This document shows positions 56,701 to 64,000 of a stretch of DNA of 64,000 bases, one piece after another (position 1 is the stretch's first letter; each line of letters begins with the position of its first letter). The stretch comes from an uncultured Thermoplasmata archaeon. GTDB lineage: Archaea; Thermoplasmatota; Thermoplasmata; RBG-16-68-12. The notes under the pieces were generated by a model that ran no database searches, was not told the DNA's origin, and saw nothing but the letters and a program-made list of their open reading frames with translations. The stretch spans positions 64,001-128,000 of the forward strand of contig CAVYJM010000018.1 in NCBI GenBank assembly GCA_963768855.1, written 5' to 3'. The translations under genes and the position numbers were made by a program.

Positions 56701-57950
56701 GATCGCATCCTCCGGAGCGGCAAGGCAAGCGGCGTCTGCGGGTCCCAGTCCACGACCTGTGCCACCTGCCGCATCTGGGAGATCAGGTTGTCCCGCTCCA
56801 TCCGCAGGATCCGGTACGCCGTCTCGCGCTGCGTCGACCCGGCGAAGACGTGCCGCTCGATCTCTAACGGCGACGGAGAGAGGACGGACACGTCGTAGCC
56901 GCGCGCGGCGAGGACCATCACCGCCTCGAGCGCGGACCGGTCCGTGAGCGGAGTGATGAGCACAACGAGCGCGTCCCGCGGAAAGTACCGCGTCAGGACC
57001 CAAGTGACGAAGGAGAACGGCCACTCGCCGCCTGCGCGCACGTGGATCAGGTGGTCCAGGATGCGGTAGAGCTGCTTCTTCCCGAATGCGGGCGGGACCC
57101 AGTCGAGCACGTCCCGCTGGACGATGAGCCCGACGCGGTTCTTCGAGGCGAGGACGTGCTCCGCGACCCCGAGCGCGGCCCGCACGCCGACCTCGACCGC
57201 GTTCGCCGTGGTCGTGCCGACCGCGCTCTCCGCCCGCGCGTCCAGGAGGATCACGACGTCTCCAGACCGGTCGCCCTGGTACTCGTTCGAGTAGAGGTCG
57301 CCCAGCCGGGCGGAGACCTTCCAGTTGATCCGACGGACATCATCCCCGGAGACATACTCCCGGACGCCCCAGAACTCGGATCCCGCGCCGATGTGCCGCG
57401 ACGGCACGTGTCCGAACCAGGGACGCGTGCGGCGGGGCCCGAGCTGCGCCCGTCCGAGGGACTCCATCGCCGGGGCCACGGTGAGGGTCGTGGTCGCGGG
57501 GACGATGAGGTCCTCGACCCCGAGGCCCAGCGCATCGAGGGCCCGGAGCCGCAACGGCCCGATCGGATATTCGCCTTTCAGGGTGGGCCGCACGACGTAC
57601 GTGATGTCCACGGTCTCCCCCGCGGCGAGCGGGAGGATCGTGTGGTTCGACCCGCGGACGACCGCGAGCTCCGGCGGCAACGTGTCGAGGCATTCGAGGA
57701 GAGCGATCGCCGCGCCCTCGTTCTTCAGCTGGACGGCCACCTTCGCCTCCATGCCGACGGAGAGGCGGTCCCGCGACACGGTGCGCGCGACCGCCACGCC
57801 GGGCCTCGGCGGCGGGTCCAGGGACCCGAGGGCGAGGAAGACGAGGGGCGGGAGGGACAGAAGCACGAGGGGCCAGCTGCGCAGCGCGAGTCCGGCAAGG
57901 AGGGCCGCCAGGGCGATCGCGACCAGGCCGCTGGCCAGCGGGGTCCGCAT
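56682..57950 (-). CDS. DUF58 domain protein
   Basis: GSEFWGVREYVSGDDVRRINWKVSAR and VVILLDAR. Confidence 0.92.
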   Translation of the reverse strand: MRTPLASGLVAIALAALLAGLALRSWPLVLLSLPPLVFLALGSLDPPPRPGVAVARTVSRDRLSVGMEAKVAVQLKNEGAAIALLECLDTLPPELAVVRGSNHTILPLAAGETVDITYVVRPTLKGEYPIGPLRLRALDALGLGVEDLIVPATTTLTVAPAMESLGRAQLGPRRTRPWFGHVPSRHIGAGSEFWGVREYVSGDDVRRINWKVSARLGDLYSNEYQGDRSGDVVILLDARAESAVGTTTANAVEVGVRAALGVAEHVLASKNRVGLIVQRDVLDWVPPAFGKKQLYRILDHLIHVRAGGEWPFSFVTWVLTRYFPRDALVVLITPLTDRSALEAVMVLAARGYDVSVLSPSPLEIERHVFAGSTQRETAYRILRMERDNLISQMRQVAQVVDWDPQTPLALPLRRMRSWPRPA

Positions 57951-57951
57951 G

Positions 57952-58908
57952 TCACGGCACCTTGGGCACGGGCACCTGGTTCAGTACGTCCTGGAGGACC
58001 GCGGTGGTCCGCACCCCGCGAATCCACGGGTCGGGCTTCAGGATGATCCGGTGGGCGAGGGCATACGGCGCGACGGCCTTGACGTCGTCCGGCGTGATGA
58101 AGTCGCGCCGCGCGAGGGCCGCGCGGGCCCGGGACAGCTTGAGGAGGGCCAGGGAGCCGCGGGGGCTCGCGCCGATCTCCACCTGGGTGTGCATCCGCGT
58201 GCCCGCGACGATGCTGACGATGTACCCGTCGACCGCGGGGTCCACGTGGACCGTCTCGACGGCCGCCTGGAGGGCACGCACCTCGTCCCCGGTGGTGACT
58301 GGCCGGATGGGCATGTCGTCGGACTGGCGGGCCTCGCGACGGCGGAGCATCTCGACCTCCTGCTCCGCGGTCGGGTAGCCGACGTCGATCCGCAGGAGGA
58401 ACCGGTCGACCTGGGCCTCGGGCAGCGGGTAGGTGCCCTCGTGCTCGATCGGGTTCTGGGTCGCGAGGACGAAGAACGGCGGGTCGAGCGGGAACGTCTG
58501 TCCCTCCAGGGTGGCCTGCCGCTCCTGCATCGCCTCGAGGAGCGCGGACTGGGTCTTCGGCGGCGCGCGGTTGATCTCGTCCGCGAGCAGGACGTTCGTG
58601 AAGATGGGGCCGCGCCGCATGACGAACTCCCCGCTCTTGCGGTCGAAGACGTACGTGCCCGTGATGTCAGCCGGCAGCAGGTCCGGCGTGAACTGCACGC
58701 GGCGGAACTGGAGGCCGAGCGCGGCCGCGAAGGACTTCGCGATCAGGGTCTTGGCGACCCCGGGGACGTCCTCGATCAGGACGTGCCCGTCCGACAGGAC
58801 GCCCCACAGCACGCGTTCGAGGACGGCCCGTTTCCCGACGATGACGGTCTCGAGCTCGTCCATCACGGCCTTCCCGCGCTCCGCCACGTTCCCGAGATTC
58901 ACCGCCAA
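57952..58908 (-). CDS. MoxR-family AAA+ ATPase
   Basis: EDVPGVAKT, RVQFTPDLLPADITG, LADEINRAPPKTQSALLEAM and GASPRG. Confidence 0.95.
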   Translation of the reverse strand: MAVNLGNVAERGKAVMDELETVIVGKRAVLERVLWGVLSDGHVLIEDVPGVAKTLIAKSFAAALGLQFRRVQFTPDLLPADITGTYVFDRKSGEFVMRRGPIFTNVLLADEINRAPPKTQSALLEAMQERQATLEGQTFPLDPPFFVLATQNPIEHEGTYPLPEAQVDRFLLRIDVGYPTAEQEVEMLRRREARQSDDMPIRPVTTGDEVRALQAAVETVHVDPAVDGYIVSIVAGTRMHTQVEIGASPRGSLALLKLSRARAALARRDFITPDDVKAVAPYALAHRIILKPDPWIRGVRTTAVLQDVLNQVPVPKVP

Positions 58909-59510
58909 GCCTCCATGTGGTCCAAGACTTCATCGAGCGCCGTCTCGAACCCGCCGCGCATCCGGCACTCCTGCACCCACCGGTAGCGCTCGTCCGAGTC
59001 GGTCGTCGCCAGGAAGAGGAAGTTCTCCAGGAGCGGGTCGTGGATCGTCCGCCGCAGCGCGGCCCGATCCGCCTGGAGCCGCCGCATCGCCTCGGGCGAG
59101 ATGCCCCGGGAGAGGCGAGCGTGTTCCGCGAACGCCTCCCGGGCGCGCGAGGAGACGGAGACCTCGCTGTACGTCAACCCGGCGTTCGCCCGGCGGACCG
59201 CAGACGCGAGGACCGTGAGTTCGCCCGTCCGGGCACGGGGCCGTGGCACCGGCTTGACGAGAGGCTTCGGCTCCGAGGTCCGCTTGGCCACGCTGGACCA
59301 TACGAAGGCCGCAAGGGCCGCGATCACCGCGAACCCGAGGATCCATCGCACGCTGCCGCTGAACTGCGCGGCGTACAGCATGTACCCGAGCAGGAAGACG
59401 AGGCCCACGATGATCGCTGCCTCGACGAAGAGGCGCCTCAGGAGGCGCTGGTCCTGGACTCCGCGCATCTGGGCTTCCATGCGGCTGTAGAGGTCGTTGC
59501 GGCCGAGCAC
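58899..59510 (-). CDS. Hypothetical membrane protein of the MoxR cluster
   Basis: Two N-terminal TM helices; overlaps the moxR start. Confidence 0.7.
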   Translation of the reverse strand: MLGRNDLYSRMEAQMRGVQDQRLLRRLFVEAAIIVGLVFLLGYMLYAAQFSGSVRWILGFAVIAALAAFVWSSVAKRTSEPKPLVKPVPRPRARTGELTVLASAVRRANAGLTYSEVSVSSRAREAFAEHARLSRGISPEAMRRLQADRAALRRTIHDPLLENFLFLATTDSDERYRWVQECRMRGGFETALDEVLDHMEAWR

Positions 59511-59511
59511 G

Positions 59512-60432
59512 TCACACCTCCAGGTCCGCCCGGATCCGCCCGAGGCTCTGGACAGCGCGGTCGCGGTCCGCCTCCCCGAGCGCGTGCTCGCTGTACCGCG
59601 CCTCCTCGAACAGGGAGGTGAGGGACTCCGCGGAGTCCGGCGACACGGAGAGCCGCGACACCGCGAGGTCCTCCAGCTCGTGGGGGGTGAGCGGCTCCTG
59701 TTGGGAGACGCCCCGCGCGAAGAGGAAGTAGCAGAAGCGCTCGTAGCACGCCAGGATCACCGTGCGCACGTCGCCCCCGATCTGAAGCTCGGAAATCGCG
59801 GCCTGGACCGCCTGCGCCGCGCCCAGGCGCCGCTGGTTGAGCCCCCCCATGTCCTTCGGTCGTCCGAGATTCAGGCCGACGCGCAGGAAGAGGGCCATCG
59901 CGACGATCGAGACGAAGAGGGCTCCCGCCAGGAAAACGCCGAGCGGGATGCCGCCCGGCGCCTGGACCATCGTGATGTTCGACGTCCCGTTCTGGGTCGC
60001 GTTCCCCCCGGACGAGGGAGGAGTCACCTTCGTCACGATCTGAGGCCAGAGGAGAAGGACCGCCAGGAGCATCCCAAACGCCAGGAGCGTGGCGAGGACG
60101 TCCGCCCAGGTCGTCGGCCGCACGATCCGCTTGACCCGAGTCCCCCGCTGCCGCAACAAGACTGAGAGGATGAACGCCAACACCAACCCGCCCAGGATCA
60201 CGACGAACAGGACGGCGGCGGTGTGCGGGTCGAGGAGGCCCCAGGGGTTCGAGGAGGTCGTCCCCGAGTTGTCGGGGCCGGGCACCTGCTCGCCCCCCGT
60301 GTCAAGGTTCGCGAGGTTGAACGCCAGGGCGGCCGCGAGGAGAATCGCAAGGAACAGGAGCAGGGGGATGACCCAGGCGGCCCTCCCCCGCGGGATCCGC
60401 GGCACACGGAGGCGAACGCGGGAGGGTGACAT
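59512..60432 (-). CDS. DUF4129 domain membrane protein
   Basis: TM helices plus C-terminal ILACYERF...LTPHEL...LTSLFEEARYSEH. Confidence 0.85.
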   Translation of the reverse strand: MSPSRVRLRVPRIPRGRAAWVIPLLLFLAILLAAALAFNLANLDTGGEQVPGPDNSGTTSSNPWGLLDPHTAAVLFVVILGGLVLAFILSVLLRQRGTRVKRIVRPTTWADVLATLLAFGMLLAVLLLWPQIVTKVTPPSSGGNATQNGTSNITMVQAPGGIPLGVFLAGALFVSIVAMALFLRVGLNLGRPKDMGGLNQRRLGAAQAVQAAISELQIGGDVRTVILACYERFCYFLFARGVSQQEPLTPHELEDLAVSRLSVSPDSAESLTSLFEEARYSEHALGEADRDRAVQSLGRIRADLEV

Positions 60433-60477
60433 AACGGTTTGCGGTATTGCGCGCGACGCGCGGGTCACGGCCTCCCT

Positions 60478-61053
60478 TCATGCGCCGGCGAGCTCGGAGA
60501 AGAACCGCTTCCGTCGCCGGCTCCCGAGCCAGTACAGCACGACGGCGGCGGCCGCGGCAGCGGCTGCGAGGACCAAGGCGATCGCGCCGCCCGCCATCGC
60601 CGGGTTCGCAAGGCCGAGGAACTCCTGGGCGGCGGCGGGGGGAGCGAGCGTGGCGTTCGTCGGGCCGGACCCGGGGCCGGCGATGAGTCCACCCGAGCCG
60701 ACCGCGAGCAACAGGAACGCCCCGATCGCCGCCAAGACTCCCGCGCCCGACAAGGCAAGCACGATCGCGACCTTCTCGGGGTGCAGGAGCTTCCTCCCCT
60801 TCTGGGAGAGCTCGTAGTAGATCCACTTGCGGCCCTCGTCGACGCGCTTCACGAGCCCCGCGGCCTGGAGCTTCTCGAGATGCTCGAGGAGGGTCGGCTT
60901 GCTCAGGGCCAGGAGCGCGCTGAGGTCCGTGACCGTCTGTCGGCGCTCGTCGAGCTTCTTCAGGATGTCCACGCGGACCTCCGAGGCGAGAGCCTTGAAG
61001 CTCTCCTGGTCCAGGGTGATCGTCGACGGCCCGGGGAGCATCGGGGTTCGCAT
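60478..61053 (-). CDS. ArsR-type HTH regulator with C-terminal TM helices
   Basis: FKALASEVRVDILKKL...LSKPTLLEHLEKLQAAGLV...WIYYEL plus two hydrophobic helices. Confidence 0.85.
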   Translation of the reverse strand: MRTPMLPGPSTITLDQESFKALASEVRVDILKKLDERRQTVTDLSALLALSKPTLLEHLEKLQAAGLVKRVDEGRKWIYYELSQKGRKLLHPEKVAIVLALSGAGVLAAIGAFLLLAVGSGGLIAGPGSGPTNATLAPPAAAQEFLGLANPAMAGGAIALVLAAAAAAAAVVLYWLGSRRRKRFFSELAGA

Positions 61054-61183
61054 GGCCGGAAGGCCTCTTCAGGACATCCCCGTGATTCGGGATGAACCTA
61101 ACGACCGCGTTGCGCACGTCGCACGGCCCGTGCCGGCCACAACGATAAGCCGAGGACGGTCCTCCCCCCTGCGAGGTCGATCC

Positions 61184-61552
61184 GTGACCGCGCCGGTGAA
61201 GGTGAACCTCGACGAGAAGCTCGGGGCGTTCCGCGAGCTGTGGGATCCGAAGATCGTGGCCCAGGTGAACGACGCGTCCGTGAAGCTCGTGAAGGTGAAA
61301 GGAGAGTTCGTGTGGCATCACCACGAGGAGGAGGACGAGCTGTTCCTGGTCGTCCGAGGGCGGATGATCATCCAGACCCGGGACGGTGACGTCCCGCTGC
61401 ACGAAGGCGAGCTCGTCGTCGTGCCGCGCGGGGTGGAGCACCGACCCGTCGCCGAGGAGGAAGCCGCTGTCCTCTTGCTCGAGCCGAGCTCGACCCTCAA
61501 CACGGGGAACGTGCGCGATTCCAGGACGCGGGACCGGCCTGAGCGGATCTGA
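61184..61552 (+). CDS. Cupin domain protein
   Basis: KGEFVWHHHEEEDELFLV and VVPRGVEHRP. Confidence 0.88.
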   Translation: MTAPVKVNLDEKLGAFRELWDPKIVAQVNDASVKLVKVKGEFVWHHHEEEDELFLVVRGRMIIQTRDGDVPLHEGELVVVPRGVEHRPVAEEEAAVLLLEPSSTLNTGNVRDSRTRDRPERI

Positions 61553-61556
61553 GTCG

Positions 61557-62204
61557 CTATTTCGGGACCTTCTGCCAGTCGTCGAGGAAGCGCTTCAGCC
61601 CGACGTCGGTCAGAGTGTGCTGGGTCATCTTCTTCAGGACGTCGAACGGCACGGTCACGACGTCCGCGCCGAGCTTGGCGGCCTCGATCACGTGGAGTGG
61701 GTGGCGGATCGACGCGACCAGGACCTCGCAGTCCCAGTCGTAGTTCCCGAAGATCTGGACGATCTCCCGGATGACCTGCATGCCTTCCTGGCCCTGGTCG
61801 TCGAGGCGCCCGATGAACGGGCTCACGTACTTCGCGCCCGCCTTGGCCGCGAGGATGGCCTGATTCGCGCTGAAGATGAGGGTCGTGTTGACCCGGATGC
61901 CTTCCGACGAGAGGACCTTGATTGCCTTCAGCCCCTCCGTCGTCATCTGCACCTTCACGACGACGTTCTTGTGGAGCTTCGCGAGCTTGCGGCCCTCCTT
62001 GATCATCTCCTCGGCCTGGGTCGAGGTGACCTCGAGGCTGATCGGTCCGTCCACGAGGGCGAGCACGTCCTGGACGACCTCGGACCACTTCCGGCCGGTC
62101 TTCGCCACGAGGGACGGGTTCGTCGTGACGCCGTCCAGGACGCCCCACGAGGCGGCCTCGCGAATCTCATCGACGTTCGCGGTGTCGAGGAAGATCTTGA
62201 CCAT
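61557..62204 (-). CDS. tal: Transaldolase / fructose-6-phosphate aldolase
   Basis: [37 protein letters not shown] and ASIRH. Confidence 0.95.
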   Translation of the reverse strand: MVKIFLDTANVDEIREAASWGVLDGVTTNPSLVAKTGRKWSEVVQDVLALVDGPISLEVTSTQAEEMIKEGRKLAKLHKNVVVKVQMTTEGLKAIKVLSSEGIRVNTTLIFSANQAILAAKAGAKYVSPFIGRLDDQGQEGMQVIREIVQIFGNYDWDCEVLVASIRHPLHVIEAAKLGADVVTVPFDVLKKMTQHTLTDVGLKRFLDDWQKVPK

Positions 62205-62328
62205 GGCGCATCGCCCGCCGCGTGCCGATAGCAGGCCCCGGTTAAGAGGGTTTCCTCCCTGAAGGAGAGCCGCCCCGACAAGGGACGGAGCAAGCTACTT
62301 ATGCGGTGGCCGCGGTCCGCGCGGCTCG

Positions 62329-63570
62329 TTGGCGTCCCCCGCGTCCCTCTGGCGGCACCGCGACTTCATGCTCCTCTGGATCGGCCAGAGCGTCTCCCAG
62401 GTGGGCAACCAGTTCACGGGGCTGGCGCTGCCGCTCATCGCGGTCCTGACGCTCGACGCGACCGCGGGAGAGATGGGCCTCCTGGGCGCGATGGGCACCC
62501 TCCCGTTCCTGCTCTTCGGCCTCCTGATCGGCGTCTGGGTGGACCGTCATCCCCGCCGGCCGATCCTGTTGCTGGCGGACCTCGGGCGCGGGGCGATCGT
62601 CGCGGCGGTCGCGGCGCTGGCCCTCGTGCGGCTCCTCGGAATCCCCACCCTGTACGTCTTCGCGTTCCTCGTCGGCATCTTGACCGTCTTCTTCGACGTC
62701 AGCTACCAGGCCTACCTGCCCTCCCTCGTGGACCGCTCGCAGCTCGTCGAAGGAAACAGCAAGCTCGAGACGTCCAACGCGATGGCGGCCGTGGGCGGCC
62801 CGGTCCTCGCCGGGGTCGTGATCCAAATCCTCTCCGCCCCCTTCGCCATGATCTTCGACGCGCTCACGTTCTTCTTCTCGTCGGGCACCTTGTGGCGGAT
62901 CCGCAAGGTCGAACCGCCGAAGGAGGCCCTCGTCCACGGCTCCGTCCTGCACGACGTGAAGGAGGGCTTGGCGGTGATCTTCCGCGACCGGCGCCTCTGG
63001 TCCATCGCCGGGTGCACGGGCACCTCGAACTTCGCGAGCGGCGCGATCTTCGTCGCCCTCCTCGTGTTCTACGCGGTGCGGTACCTCGGGATGAACGCTG
63101 CCACGCTGGGCGTCGCGACGGGCATCGGCGCCCTCGGCGGAATCGTGGGGGCCGTGAGCGGCGGGGCGATCGCGGAGCGTCTCGGCGTCGGCCCGACCAT
63201 CGTGGCCTCCGCCTTCCTCTTCGGCCTGGGGCCCGCGGGGCTGCTCTTCGCGACCCCCGCCACGGCCATCCCGTTCATCGCGATTGTCACGGCGGTCACC
63301 GCCTTCGGCTCCGTCATCTACAACATCAACCAGGTCAGCCTCCGCCAGGCCCTCGTCCCGCTTCGCCTGCAGGGTCGGATGAACGCGTCCATGCGCTTCC
63401 TCGTCTGGGGCACCCTGCCCATCGGGAGCGTCGTCGGCGGCGTCCTGGCGAGCGTCCTCGAAGTGCGGACCGCCATCCTGCTCATGGTCGTCGTGGGCCT
63501 CGGGTCGTTCCTCTGGGTGTTCTTCTCGCCGGTCCGTCGGCTCCGGACCGTGCCCGAGCCGCTTGCCTGA
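62329..63570 (+). CDS. MFS transporter
   Basis: 12 TM helices; GVWVDRHPRRPIL motif A and LQGRMNA. Confidence 0.92.
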   Translation: MASPASLWRHRDFMLLWIGQSVSQVGNQFTGLALPLIAVLTLDATAGEMGLLGAMGTLPFLLFGLLIGVWVDRHPRRPILLLADLGRGAIVAAVAALALVRLLGIPTLYVFAFLVGILTVFFDVSYQAYLPSLVDRSQLVEGNSKLETSNAMAAVGGPVLAGVVIQILSAPFAMIFDALTFFFSSGTLWRIRKVEPPKEALVHGSVLHDVKEGLAVIFRDRRLWSIAGCTGTSNFASGAIFVALLVFYAVRYLGMNAATLGVATGIGALGGIVGAVSGGAIAERLGVGPTIVASAFLFGLGPAGLLFATPATAIPFIAIVTAVTAFGSVIYNINQVSLRQALVPLRLQGRMNASMRFLVWGTLPIGSVVGGVLASVLEVRTAILLMVVVGLGSFLWVFFSPVRRLRTVPEPLA

Positions 63571-63662
63571 CCGGGCTCGCGCTCGAAGGCCGACAGAAAA
63601 AAGGGGGAAGGAGGTAATCAGAAAAGGGGAAGGGAGGGGCCACAAGGGCCCCTTGTAGTCGT

Positions 63663-64000
63663 CTAGCCGAGGGTCGTCGCAATCCGCTTCAGGAGCGGCC
63701 GGCGCTCGACGAACGAGGTGTTCTGGAGGATCCCGTCCAGGCCGAAGAACCGGCCGGGCACCAGGAAGATGAACGCAACGAACACCAAGATGTAGATGAT
63801 GTACGAGCTGACCAGCGCATTCTTGGAGAGCAGGAAGTCGAAGTACGAGCCTGCGAACCCAGCGGTCATCGCCGGAAGCGTGGACAGGTACAGGAGGCTC
63901 GACAGGAGGGCGCCACTGAGGCCGCCGACCCGCGTGAGGACCCCGAAGATCAGGGAAATCCCGATCAGCAACTCGCCGTAGACGAGCAGGTACTCGACGG
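63663..64000 (-). CDS. DoxX-family membrane protein, C-terminal part (runs off window end)
   Basis: YGELLIGISLIFGVLTRVGG and GRFFGLDG. Confidence 0.75.
   Translation of the reverse strand, partial: VEYLLVYGELLIGISLIFGVLTRVGGLSGALLSSLLYLSTLPAMTAGFAGSYFDFLLSKNALVSSYIIYILVFVAFIFLVPGRFFGLDGILQNTSFVERRPLLKRIATTLG

Overview
GC-rich archaeal chromosomal window, most likely Thermoplasmatota. The assignment is inferred from TATA-like boxes about 28 nt before tRNAs, tRNA genes without encoded CCA, LysW carrier genes, an archaeal GlmU-GlmS pair and a MoxR-DUF58-DUF4129 cluster. Core regions (1-39.6 kb and 56.1-64 kb) carry ilvB/ilvE, thrC-MoaD-thrB, tRNA-Ile, a divergent urocanase, two coiled-coil proteins (one of 1464 aa), a putative B12-uptake locus, glmU/glmS, hisS, transporters, 4-hydroxybutyryl-CoA dehydratase and transaldolase. 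The tRNA-Asp gene (48521-48593, minus strand) is an integration hotspot. Downstream of it lie two tandem islands bounded by copies of the tRNA 3' end: a decaying arg/LysW cluster with an integrase relic, and a lutC/lutB pair. Upstream is a 7.4-kb element bounded by an 11-bp direct repeat that coincides with the tRNA promoter. This element encodes an intact tyrosine integrase, a histone-fold protein, a ribbon-helix-helix protein, an HTH-fused large-terminase homologue, a candidate Rep with iteron-like repeats and small membrane proteins, but no recognisable capsid or portal. A second highlight is a 17-codon Ile/Leu/Val-rich leader peptide with attenuator-like hairpins in front of ilvE. No CRISPR array or rRNA was seen. 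All family calls come from recognising motifs by eye; no database search was run.
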